NCBI GenBank assembly: GCA_039111475.1
Contig: JBCCIP010000027.1
Span: forward strand, 11,964 to 75,963
Reading direction: 5' to 3'
Source of the DNA: Pseudomonadota bacterium
GTDB taxonomy: Bacteria; Pseudomonadota; Gammaproteobacteria; Pseudomonadales; JAUIET01
DNA: 64,000 nt
This document shows, piece after piece, positions 32,314 through 40,860 of the stretch (position 1 is its first letter; each line of letters opens with the position of its first letter). Both the position numbers and the translations under genes were made by a program. The notes beneath the pieces are model-generated. The model was given only the letters and a program-made list of their open reading frames with translations. It did no database searches and had not been told where the DNA came from.

Positions 32314-34556
32314 TGATGAAATACCTTGTAGATTTAGTGGATTGGGTTGATGCCAGGCTACCGGTTGTGCGTGCCTGGGATACGCACATGGGCAAATATT
32401 ACGCCCCGAAGAATTTTAATTTTTGGTATTTCTTTGGCGTGTTGTCTCTGGTCGTTCTGGTTAACCAGCTGCTAACCGGCATTTGGCTGACCATGAGTTA
32501 TGAGCCAAGCGCAGAGCGGGCATTTGCGTCTGTTGAATACATCATGCGTGATGTTGAGTACGGATGGCTGTTGCGTTACATGCACTCAACTGGCGCGTCT
32601 GCGTTTTTCGCGGTGGTATATCTGCATATGTTTCGTGGGTTGCTCTATGGCTCTTACCGTAAGCCGCGTGAGCTAATCTGGATTGTTGGCATGTTGATCT
32701 ACTTCGCGTTGATGGCCGAAGGCTTCCTGGGTTACGTTTTGCCGTGGGGCAACATGTCCTACTGGGGCGCTCAGGTAATTATCTCCTTGTTCGGCGCTAT
32801 ACCGGTGATAGGCGAAGGCCTGGTTGAGTGGATCAGAGGTGACTACCTGATTTCGGGCATTACACTGAACCGCTTTTTCGCACTGCATGTTGTGGCTTTG
32901 CCAATCATTCTGTTGCTGCTGGTTGTTGTGCATATTCTGGCGCTGCACGAGGTGGGCTCAAATAACCCTGATGGCGTCGAAATCAAGAAGCACAAAGACG
33001 AGAATGGCGTACCGCTTGATAGTGTGCCGTTTTTCCCGCACTACTTACCTGTACACGACTTGCAGGCGATTATCATCTTCCTGTTTGTGTTCTGCGCGAT
33101 CATATTCTTCTTTCCGGAAATGGGTGGCTACTTTATTGAGCATGCTAATTTTGTTGAAGCTGATCCGCTGAAAACGCCGGAGCATATCGCTCCTGTCTGG
33201 TATTACACGCCGTTTTACTCAATGTTGCGCGCTGTTACCGTAGATTTGAGTACGGTGTTTAATGCGAAGTTTCTTGGTGCCATTGTAATGGCCGGAGCCA
33301 TAGCGATTATGTTTGTGTTGCCCTGGTTGGATCGCTCGCCAGTCAGGTCAGTGCGCTATAAGGGGGCTATTCCAAGGTTTATGATTCTGCTGTTTGCGGC
33401 GTCATTTATTATCTTGGGTGTACTCGGTGTGAAAGCACCTTCAGAGTCTCGAACGTTCATGGCGCAAGTAAATACTCTGGTGTATTTTGCGTTCTTCCTG
33501 CTGATGCCAATCTATACCAATCCGAACCCAACACGACCATTCCTGCGCATTATCGTTTGCGGCGGCTTTGGCTTGTTTATGCTCGGCTATGTTGTCAGCT
33601 ACTGGAGTTCAATATGGGCTGACCCTGGCCACATGTTATTCGCTGCAATATATGCGACGGTACTGGGAATATTCTTCCTGATGATGCCGAGACTGGTGGC
33701 TAGGGATTATGTGAAGCCTGAACCTGAACGCATTACTATGGACGGCGGCATGGGCTTCTGGCGCGCCATGGGGGCATTCCTGCTGGTCGCCGTGCTTTCT
33801 TGGATACCTCTGAAAGCGGTAGGTGCTGAATCAGCCTTCGCTTGCGGCAGCATCCCCTGCGATGAGATCGATATAGATTTCAACGATAAGGCGTCTCTGC
33901 AAAATGGTGCGCGCTTATACATGAATTACTGCCTGGCTTGTCACTCGCTGCAGTACAGTCGCTACGAACGCGTTGCGAATGATCTGGGTATTCCCGACGA
34001 CATCATGATGAATAATTTGATATTTGATGGCAGCAAGATCGGCTCATTGATGGAAAACTCAATGCCTGTTGCAGCAGCAAAGAAATGGTTTGGCGCAGCA
34101 CCGCCTGACCTGACTCTGATGTCTCGTGCAAAATCGCCGGAATGGTTATATACCTACCTCAAAAATTTCTATACCGATCCAAGTCGTCCGTACGGCGTGA
34201 ACAATAGAGTGTTCAAAGACGTCGGTATGCCGCACGTATTGTTAGAGTTGCAGGGCGAGACACAATGCGGCCCAGGTCCTGTGCTGGCCGCTAATGGTGG
34301 TGTTAAAAGAGATATTCTGACCGGCGAAAACTTGTTGGCAGGCGAGTGCGGTCAGTTGAATGTCGTGGCGACAGGAGAGCTCGATGCCATTGAGTTCGAT
34401 GCCGCAATGGCCGATTTGGTTGGCTTTATGGCGTATGTTGCAGAGCCCATGGTCCTTGAGCGTAAGCGTGTTGGCACTTACGTAATGTTATTCCTTGCTG
34501 TATTCCTGGTGTTTGCTTGGCTGCTAAACCGCGAATATTGGCGTGACGTACACTAG
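32310..34556 (+). CDS. petB-petC: fused cytochrome b / cytochrome c1 of the bc1 complex (single 748-codon frame)
   Basis: Residues 1 to about 404 are a complete cytochrome b, including the heme-ligand His regions RYMHSTGAS, VYLHMFRG, FFALHVVALP and VVHILALHE. Residues about 405-470 form two extra hydrophobic helices. Residues 477-506 are a signal-peptide-like segment ending AVGA. After that comes a cytochrome c1 domain with CLACH (33930..33944), PPDLT and a C-terminal TM anchor. The start is GTG 32310 or ATG 32313. Confidence 0.9.
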   Translation: MMMKYLVDLVDWVDARLPVVRAWDTHMGKYYAPKNFNFWYFFGVLSLVVLVNQLLTGIWLTMSYEPSAERAFASVEYIMRDVEYGWLLRYMHSTGASAFFAVVYLHMFRGLLYGSYRKPRELIWIVGMLIYFALMAEGFLGYVLPWGNMSYWGAQVIISLFGAIPVIGEGLVEWIRGDYLISGITLNRFFALHVVALPIILLLLVVVHILALHEVGSNNPDGVEIKKHKDENGVPLDSVPFFPHYLPVHDLQAIIIFLFVFCAIIFFFPEMGGYFIEHANFVEADPLKTPEHIAPVWYYTPFYSMLRAVTVDLSTVFNAKFLGAIVMAGAIAIMFVLPWLDRSPVRSVRYKGAIPRFMILLFAASFIILGVLGVKAPSESRTFMAQVNTLVYFAFFLLMPIYTNPNPTRPFLRIIVCGGFGLFMLGYVVSYWSSIWADPGHMLFAAIYATVLGIFFLMMPRLVARDYVKPEPERITMDGGMGFWRAMGAFLLVAVLSWIPLKAVGAESAFACGSIPCDEIDIDFNDKASLQNGARLYMNYCLACHSLQYSRYERVANDLGIPDDIMMNNLIFDGSKIGSLMENSMPVAAAKKWFGAAPPDLTLMSRAKSPEWLYTYLKNFYTDPSRPYGVNNRVFKDVGMPHVLLELQGETQCGPGPVLAANGGVKRDILTGENLLAGECGQLNVVATGELDAIEFDAAMADLVGFMAYVAEPMVLERKRVGTYVMLFLAVFLVFAWLLNREYWRDVH
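33492..33688 (+). repeat. internal in-frame duplication within the cytochrome b part (180-nt offset)
   Basis: TTCTTCCTGCTGATGCC (33492..33508) and TTCTTCCTGATGATGCC (33672..33688) match at 16 of 17 positions and lie exactly 60 codons apart. They encode FFLLMP and FFLMMP at the ends of two successive hydrophobic helices. Confidence 0.6.
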
Positions 34557-34612
34557 ATAAGTGAGAGAGATCCCTCAATATGATAAGCGATAAAGGCGAA
34601 CATGAGGTGAAC

Positions 34613-35245
34613 ATGGGTATCCTCGCGAAGAGGTCTTCCATGACCTTCTTCTCAGATGCTGTTAGTCATTACAGCCACCGGGTAAGAATTGTATTGGCCG
34701 AGAAGGGCGTGACGGTTGATGTGATCGAACTGACCAATAGCGAGCTTCCTGAAGACATTGCGGCATTGAATCCATACAACACTCTTCCAACGCTGGTAGA
34801 TCGAGAGCTGGTTCTGTATGAGCCCAACGTAATGATGGAATATCTGGATGAGCGTTTTCCACATCCACCTTTGTTGCCCGTGTATCCCGTGGCCCGTGGC
34901 GAGAGCCGCCAATTGATTTATAGAATTGAGCGTGACTGGAGCCGATTAGTTGATGAAATAGAGTCAAATGGCCCAGCAGCTGATGCGTCCAGGAAGGAAT
35001 TACGCGAGGGTTTGATAGCCATTGGTCCGATATTTGGAGAGAAGCCTTTCTTCATGAGCGATGAATTTACGCTGATTGATTGTTGTATGGCGCCCATTTT
35101 ATGGCGTTTAAATAGGCTAAAAATCGATATTCCTGAAACAAGGCAAACCAAACCGCTAAAACAATACATGAAAAGCCTGTTTGAGCGCGAGTCATTTCAG
35201 GCCAGCCTTTCGGAGCGTGAGAGGGAAATGCGCGACGCAAGCTGA
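34613..35245 (+). CDS. sspA: stringent starvation protein A (GST-like)
   Basis: MGILAKRSSMTFFSDAVSHYSHRVRIVLAEKGV…YLDERFPHPPLLPVYPVARGESR is close to E. coli SspA from memory. I trimmed the start to the ATG at 34613, which follows GAGGTG. Confidence 0.93.
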   Translation: MGILAKRSSMTFFSDAVSHYSHRVRIVLAEKGVTVDVIELTNSELPEDIAALNPYNTLPTLVDRELVLYEPNVMMEYLDERFPHPPLLPVYPVARGESRQLIYRIERDWSRLVDEIESNGPAADASRKELREGLIAIGPIFGEKPFFMSDEFTLIDCCMAPILWRLNRLKIDIPETRQTKPLKQYMKSLFERESFQASLSEREREMRDAS

Positions 35246-35288
35246 TACAATGGGACATGATGTATAGAATTAGAAGCGGGAGCCATTA

Positions 35289-35687
35289 ATGGCAATGACA
35301 TCCAGCCGTCCCTACCTGATCAGAGCTTTATACGAGTGGATTTTAGACAATAAATGCACACCGTATGTACTGGTAGATGCCAATTTTCAGGGTGTGGACG
35401 TGCCTCAACAATATGTTAAGGACGGTCAGATAGTACTCAATATCGCACCTACCGCGGTCGTTGATCTTGATATCAATAACGAACGAATGTGTTTTAACGC
35501 GCGCTTTTCAGGTGTTGCCACTGATGTGATGGTGCCGATTTCCGCTGCTCTGGGCATTTACGCCCGTGAGAACGGCCAAGGCATGCTGTTCGATCACGAA
35601 CAACCTGCGAGCGAGCCCCCTCCACGGCGTGAAAGAGTTGACGACAAGGTCGTGCAACGCAGGTCGCATCTACGTTTGGTTAAGTAA
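35289..35687 (+). CDS. sspB: ClpXP adaptor stringent starvation protein B
   Basis: 132 aa with SRPYLIRALYEWILDN at the N-terminus and a C-terminal LRLVK ClpX-binding-like tail. Confidence 0.88.
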   Translation: MAMTSSRPYLIRALYEWILDNKCTPYVLVDANFQGVDVPQQYVKDGQIVLNIAPTAVVDLDINNERMCFNARFSGVATDVMVPISAALGIYARENGQGMLFDHEQPASEPPPRRERVDDKVVQRRSHLRLVK

Positions 35688-35740
35688 AAAGCCACACAAC
35701 ACAGTTAAGCGTAAGCTATGCGTTAGTGCATCGCCTGTTA

Positions 35741-36340
35741 TCAGTCGATGTACTCGAATATCCGAATAATTTTTTGCACGCCAAACGTACCTTTCACCAC
35801 GTTGACCACCTCGTCGGCTTCATTGCGGGTTACCAGGCCCATGAGGTGAACCACGCCGTTTTCTGTGACCACTTTGATTCTTCGTCCTTTCACTGTCCTT
35901 GACGCCAGTAGCTTGCTTTTGACCTTGGTAGTGAGCCAGGAATCATTTGAGCGTGCGGGCAATGATATTGGCCCGGCGATAGCCAGTTCGTTGTGTACTC
36001 TTTTTACGTTACGGATTTTTCCCGCGACTGAACCCGCCAAATCTCGCAACTCAGCTGACGGTACCTGACCAGCGAGCAAAACAACACCATTGTAGCTGGT
36101 CACACCAATGTGGGCTTGCTTGAGTTGCTCGTCAGCTTTTTTTAGATTGACTCTGGTTTTAGTTTCAATCAAGCCATCGTCGATAAAGCTGCCAAAGCTG
36201 CGTTTGCCATAATCTTCCTGAATTGGACCTGACCGAGTCGCTGAGATCAGCGAACTGCAAGCGCCCAGTAATGACATCAGAACAACGATCGTAGTGGTGC
36301 GAAGTAGCAAGTTCCGCGTGGTACAGGCGTGGCTATTCAT
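35741..36340 (-). CDS. dolP: outer-membrane lipoprotein with two BON domains (DolP/YraP-like)
   Basis: 199 aa with the lipobox LLGAC and two BON-like repeats (…GVTSYNGVVLLAGQVPS… / …VVTENGVVHLMGLVT…), in the conserved position next to diaA-yraN-lpoA. Confidence 0.8.
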   Translation of the reverse strand: MNSHACTTRNLLLRTTTIVVLMSLLGACSSLISATRSGPIQEDYGKRSFGSFIDDGLIETKTRVNLKKADEQLKQAHIGVTSYNGVVLLAGQVPSAELRDLAGSVAGKIRNVKRVHNELAIAGPISLPARSNDSWLTTKVKSKLLASRTVKGRRIKVVTENGVVHLMGLVTRNEADEVVNVVKGTFGVQKIIRIFEYID

Positions 36341-36358
36341 ACAATGTCCGAATCATGG

Positions 36359-36961
36359 TTAGGCGTTCTCCTGCTCCAGGGCGAAGAGATGATATTCAAC
36401 GGATTCACATAGGCAATGAGTTAGTAAAAGCTCCGCTTCGGCAAGCCTGGCAAGGCTATTGGTGGGCACTCTTATCTCGATATCATCCGGGGTTAGTAGT
36501 GCAGACAGGTCGGTATCACTGCTGCCTGTTATGGCGACTACCTGTATTTCTCTATCGTGACCGGCACTGACCGCACGCACACTTGCCGGGCTATCGCCGC
36601 CAGGTCCATAAATCAGTAAACAGTCGTTTTTGTTGCCAAGTGAACGGATCTGTCGAGCGTGTACTTCGTGCTGTGACACGCTATGCGCAACTGATTGACC
36701 AACGATGCTCGCTCCGGTCAAGGCCATGGTCGGAAGGCCAGGACGCTCACGTTGAAGACGATGAGCAAAAATCGCGGCGCAATACTCACTTATTGACGCT
36801 GTGGCTGAAGATCCGCAGCAAATAAGTTTCCCGTCGTTGAGAAAACTCTGAGTAATTGCCTGCGCAGCGAGTTCTACTTCAGGCAATACCGAATCCAGGC
36901 CGCCCATTGTCATTTCGACATTGGCGGCAAGCGTTGCTTTTAGTCGATGCACATCGGTCAT
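36359..36961 (-). CDS. diaA: SIS-domain protein (DiaA / GmhA-like)
   Basis: I trimmed the start to MTDVHRLKATL…, which places the KLICCGSSATASISEY motif at the same distance from the N-terminus as in E. coli DiaA (from memory). The C-terminal …HCLCESVEYHLF resembles DiaA …NCLCDLIDNTLF. Confidence 0.72.
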   Translation of the reverse strand: MTDVHRLKATLAANVEMTMGGLDSVLPEVELAAQAITQSFLNDGKLICCGSSATASISEYCAAIFAHRLQRERPGLPTMALTGASIVGQSVAHSVSQHEVHARQIRSLGNKNDCLLIYGPGGDSPASVRAVSAGHDREIQVVAITGSSDTDLSALLTPDDIEIRVPTNSLARLAEAELLLTHCLCESVEYHLFALEQENA

Positions 36962-37008
36962 TTCATAAACGTTGATTAAGGCCGCTATTGCTTGTCCACT
37001 TTTGAGCT

Positions 37009-37401
37009 TCAAAAGGCATTTTTGATCCAGCGGAATTGATAGTCTTTGTGAGCCTGTTCGCCGGGTTTCATGCCAACCACGTCAAAGCGCACCGCGGTGT
37101 GCCGAAGCCTTCGGGCTTTGAGATAGTACAAAGCTGTTTTACGCAGCTTGTTCTGCTTTGCCGTCGTCACCGTAGAGGCCGCCGAACCATAACGTTCGCT
37201 TTTGCGGAATCTAACCTCAATGAAAACCAAGCAGCTTTTGTCTTGCATGATAAGGTCCAATTCGCCCAACTTGCAGCGAAAATTCTCCTCAACTCTCTTT
37301 AGGCCATGTTCTTGCAAAAAATGGGCGGCGGCCAGCTCCGCTTGGCCGCCAGTTGTTTGTGTGCTAGAGCCCCGTATCACTCTGAGTCTCACTTTCGTCA
37401 T
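37009..37401 (-). CDS. yraN: YraN-family (UPF0102) putative endonuclease
   Basis: GGQAELAAAHFLQEHGLKRVEENFRCKLGELDLIM…LVFIEVRFR is typical of YraN. The start is uncertain (37401 or 37410), and either overlaps the lpoA 3' end. Confidence 0.7.
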   Translation of the reverse strand: MTKVRLRVIRGSSTQTTGGQAELAAAHFLQEHGLKRVEENFRCKLGELDLIMQDKSCLVFIEVRFRKSERYGSAASTVTTAKQNKLRKTALYYLKARRLRHTAVRFDVVGMKPGEQAHKDYQFRWIKNAF

Positions 37402-39262
37402 TGCGATCATTTTGGATGATTGCAATTTTACGTGGTGTTCCAGCGACAAATTGCGCGAAGTCCAATTCGCGCTTTATGCGCATATTGTCAGCAAGAGACA
37501 AGCGTCCGGTCGCGCCGGAGTACGCGCTGTCTGGTGAACGCGATAGAAAGCCCAGTCGGATCGCAAGCCCAAAAGCATCCACCCCGAAAGCCTGCATTCG
37601 GGCGTAGGAACTTTTGCTGGGCAGTAACTCATTGATACGTTGTCTCAGATCGCTATTGTGGCCAAGTAACCACGGCGTCTCCGTGAAGACAATACCGTTC
37701 AGGTCGCGGTCACGATGTCTTCTGACCAGGCCGGCAAAGACCTGCGAGGTGGAATAGACCGGAACGTCGCCTGCGTAGTGAAAAGCGAGGATGGGCTTAA
37801 GAGAGCGGGCCTGTTCAGGTCTTGCGACCAGAAAGAACAGATCTATGTCTTTGCGACGACGGGGAATAAACTCCAGTTTTTCCTCCAAGACAACCTGGGC
37901 ACGGTTTTTTCTTAATTCGCTTTTGTCGACTAATAGCGCTTGTTTGAGTAGCTCTGACAAATTGTCGCCCTTGTTGTAGCTGACTTCGTCGAGCACAATG
38001 GAGCCGTTTTCTAACCAGGGTTCTTTGAAAGAGTCGGCAACGCGCTGGCCCCAGGCGCCAGTGGGCCGAATTAGCAGCGCGCGCTGCGGCAAGTCACTCA
38101 GCAGCGTGGTGGCAATCTGATGTGCTTCATCACCCGCTGCCAGGCCGAATTGGAAGAATGCAGCTGGCTCCTCCGTATCGGAATCAGTGCTTTCTTCGGC
38201 ATAGTTAAGGGCAAGCACTCTAGGCCCGTCTGGTGTGACGAGATGTCGCAAGGCGGCAATTTCAGGTTTACGCAGCGGTCCTACGATCATATCGGGTTTT
38301 TGCTGCAGCGCAGCTGCATATGCATCGCTAAAGCGCTGATAGGCGTTCGTATCGATCAAATTGAGCTGCATTAGCCCGCCCGCTTGTTGACTGTCGTAGT
38401 AAGCAGCAAGAAAACCGTCTCTCACAGCAGCACCCGCGGTTGCCAAATTGCCGCTGGTTGGGAGCATCAAGGTAACACGCTGTGGAATGTCTTCATCCAG
38501 CGCCATAGTGCTGGCAAGTTCTATTGGCAGCGTCTTGGCTGCGGGGTGGGTCGACCAGGCTGACTGCCAACGGCTGAGCTGGCGGCGCAACTCAAAGACA
38601 TCGTCCTGGTTGGTCTGGTAGATGCTGACCAACGCCATCCAGCCGCGTAAGTCACTGTCTGGATCCGCCAGAGCAGTTTGCTGTTGCTCGTCGCCAAGCG
38701 CATTCAAAACCATCCAAATGGCTTCGCGATTTTCTATCACGTCAAGCTCATCCATCAATAATGGATCAATAGCAATCCGTTGCTTTGCGCTCGCCAATGT
38801 TTGGCCTTGCTGCAAAAGTGCCCACGCTCTTAACTGGCCTAACGCGGCCTGCTGTTCATTATTTGCCACCGTGGGATTGCTGGAATTCGGGATGCGCGAA
38901 AGCGCGTTAATTACGCCGGCTGCATCTCCGTCTTGTTTGGCAAACGTGGCCGTTAGAATGTGATATTGACTGGCTGAATTCGCTGTTAAACGGTTTGGCT
39001 TGACTTGGGAGAACACAGTTTTCGCTCTGAACCACTGTGAATTGTTGATCAGCAAGCTGACAGCCTGCATTGTCGACACGCTTGCATCGGGTTCTGTTTG
39101 CTGTGTCGCGCGCTGCAGCAGCTCAGCGATCTGTTGGTCAATGCTGATGGGCGCAGCAGTTGAGTCTGGCTTGCTGTACACTCCACTGTCTTGCAGGCCA
39201 GAACAAGCACTTAACAGTGCGCTTAATGTAATTACTGCGAGAACGAATTTATTCCGAACCAT
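37364..39262 (-). CDS. lpoA: penicillin-binding protein activator LpoA (lipoprotein)
   Basis: I trimmed the start to MVRNKFVLAVITLSALLSAC (a lipobox). It has a TPR-like N-domain and a periplasmic-binding-protein-like C-domain, and it is divergent from rsmI as in E. coli and Pseudomonas. Confidence 0.8.
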   Translation of the reverse strand: MVRNKFVLAVITLSALLSACSGLQDSGVYSKPDSTAAPISIDQQIAELLQRATQQTEPDASVSTMQAVSLLINNSQWFRAKTVFSQVKPNRLTANSASQYHILTATFAKQDGDAAGVINALSRIPNSSNPTVANNEQQAALGQLRAWALLQQGQTLASAKQRIAIDPLLMDELDVIENREAIWMVLNALGDEQQQTALADPDSDLRGWMALVSIYQTNQDDVFELRRQLSRWQSAWSTHPAAKTLPIELASTMALDEDIPQRVTLMLPTSGNLATAGAAVRDGFLAAYYDSQQAGGLMQLNLIDTNAYQRFSDAYAAALQQKPDMIVGPLRKPEIAALRHLVTPDGPRVLALNYAEESTDSDTEEPAAFFQFGLAAGDEAHQIATTLLSDLPQRALLIRPTGAWGQRVADSFKEPWLENGSIVLDEVSYNKGDNLSELLKQALLVDKSELRKNRAQVVLEEKLEFIPRRRKDIDLFFLVARPEQARSLKPILAFHYAGDVPVYSTSQVFAGLVRRHRDRDLNGIVFTETPWLLGHNSDLRQRINELLPSKSSYARMQAFGVDAFGLAIRLGFLSRSPDSAYSGATGRLSLADNMRIKRELDFAQFVAGTPRKIAIIQNDRNDESETQSDTGL

Positions 39263-39267
39263 CCTAT

Positions 39268-40164
39268 ATGACCTCAAATCACTCCAATGTCGAATCATCG
39301 GTGAGCGGATTGCGTACCGATGGCACTGTGTCCGTTTCGGGTACCTTATACGTTGTTGCCACGCCAATCGGGAATCTTGCCGATATGAGCTCACGGGCGC
39401 TCGATATTCTGCGGTCAGTTGCTCTGGTGGCAGCCGAAGATACCCGCCACAGTCAGCGACTATTTAATCACTTTGACATCCGTTGCGACTGCATACCGTA
39501 CCATGAGCACAGCGAAGAAAAAACTGCGCAAAGAGTGATTAATGTGTTGCTTGAAGGCCAAGACGTTGCCTTGATCAGTGATGCCGGAACACCGTTGATT
39601 TCTGACCCGGGTTTTCGCCTGATTCGTCAATTGCAAGAAAGAGAAATTACGGTCTCACCGGTGCCTGGACCAAGCGCTTTGATTGCGGCGCTGTCAGTCA
39701 GTGGATTACCGACTGATTCATTCCTCTTTGCCGGCTTCTTGCCCGCCAAAAGTGGTACCAGGAAAAACCGCCTGCAGCAGCTTGTAAGCTACCCCCACAC
39801 TTTGATTTTTTATGAGGCGCCACACAGGATATTGGGCTGTCTGCAGGACATGGCTGAGGTTCTGGGCCCTGAACGCTGCGCGGTGCTTGCCAGGGAGCTG
39901 ACCAAGCGTTTTGAAACTGTTCGTAAAGCAATGCTCTCTGAGCTGGTCGAATGGGTGGCGAATGACAGCAATCAACAGCGTGGCGAATTGGTGATTCTGG
40001 TGGAAGGGGCTGGTTCGGATCCGGAAACTGGCGAGCTGCAGCAAATGCTTGCTGTGTTGCTGGCCGAATTACCTCTGAAGCAGGCGGTTAGTCTGGCGGC
40101 AAAAATAAGCGGCGTGAAGAAAAATGATGTGTATTCTCAAGCGCTTGCCATGCGCGAGCCGTGA
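39268..40164 (+). CDS. rsmI: 16S rRNA (cytidine1402-2'-O)-methyltransferase
   Basis: GTLYVVATPIGNLADMSSRALDIL…AAEDTRHSQRL… is close to E. coli RsmI from memory. The start is uncertain (ATG 39268, or in-frame GTG 39301/39328). Confidence 0.92.
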   Translation: MTSNHSNVESSVSGLRTDGTVSVSGTLYVVATPIGNLADMSSRALDILRSVALVAAEDTRHSQRLFNHFDIRCDCIPYHEHSEEKTAQRVINVLLEGQDVALISDAGTPLISDPGFRLIRQLQEREITVSPVPGPSALIAALSVSGLPTDSFLFAGFLPAKSGTRKNRLQQLVSYPHTLIFYEAPHRILGCLQDMAEVLGPERCAVLARELTKRFETVRKAMLSELVEWVANDSNQQRGELVILVEGAGSDPETGELQQMLAVLLAELPLKQAVSLAAKISGVKKNDVYSQALAMREP

Positions 40165-40190
40165 CCTGAGTGGTGCTTTAAAGATTGCGC

Positions 40191-40219
40191 TTGTTAATTG
40201 CGCGCATCACAGGTACTGT
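40191..40219 (+). promoter_or_regulatory. candidate rnpB promoter
   Basis: TTGTTA-N17-TACTGT ends 6-7 nt before the predicted mature 5' end of the RNase P RNA. Confidence 0.5.
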
Positions 40220-40225
40220 GCCGCC

Positions 40226-40588
40226 GAGAGTTGACTGGGCAGTCGCTTTATTGCTCGATTGAGTTCGTGTGATGAGGAGGAAAGTCCGGGCTCCAAAGGG
40301 CAAGGTGCCAGGTAACCCCTGGGGGGCGTGAGCCTACGGCCAGTGCAGCAGAAAGATACCGCCAGATTGTGTAAGCAATTCGGTAAGGGTGAAATGGTGC
40401 GGTAAGAGCGCACCGCGCGTGTGGTAACACTACGCGGCATGGTAAACCCCACCTGGAGCAAGACCAAATAGGAACCCATACGCGCGGCCCGCGCGGGGTT
40501 CGGGTAGGTTGCTTGAGGCAAGTGGTGACGCTTGTCCCAGATGAATGACTGTCCTCGACAGAACCCGGCTTATAGGTCAGCTCTTTGT
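40226..40588 (+). ncRNA. rnpB: RNase P RNA, bacterial type A
   Basis: The universal motifs GAGGAAAGTCCGGGCTCC, GGTAAGGGTGAAA, GGTGCGGTAAGAGCGCACC and ACAGAACCCGGCTTA appear in the same order as in E. coli rnpB (from memory). The P1 helix can form between 40227..40236 and 40575..40584. The ends are approximate to within a few nt. Track ORFs 40207..40521(-) and 40248..40430(-) are spurious. Confidence 0.95.
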
Positions 40589-40599
40589 TTTTTTGTTTA

Positions 40600-40625
40600 A
40601 ATAAATAGGCTCCTGCCTATTTATT
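40600..40625 (+). terminator. AT-rich stem-loop downstream of rnpB (possible terminator or processing hairpin)
   Basis: An 11-bp perfect stem AATAAATAGGC/GCCTATTTATT has a TCCT loop. A T-rich run (CTCTTTGTTTTTTTGTTT) precedes the hairpin rather than following it, so function is uncertain. Confidence 0.35.
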
Positions 40626-40860
40626 AAACCGCAAATCGAAAATGTGATACCCAAAGCACTCGCTTCGCTTAAGGAGCAAGCTTTTTCCGCTTTGCTCACA
40701 CTTTACGATGTAAAGCGCAGGCGCATCCTCGCAGCTGTCAACCGGGAGACTTTGGCGGCGTCAGCGGTGGCTCTCAGCTCTGCACTGGCGGCGTTTTTAT
40801 GTCTTTACATCACGGCCCATAGCCAGACTCCATTCATTTCAGTTCATTGGGCGAAACAGC

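Noticed and set aside
40207-40521. 104- and 60-codon minus-strand ORFs
   Set aside because: They lie entirely within the RNase P RNA gene on the + strand.
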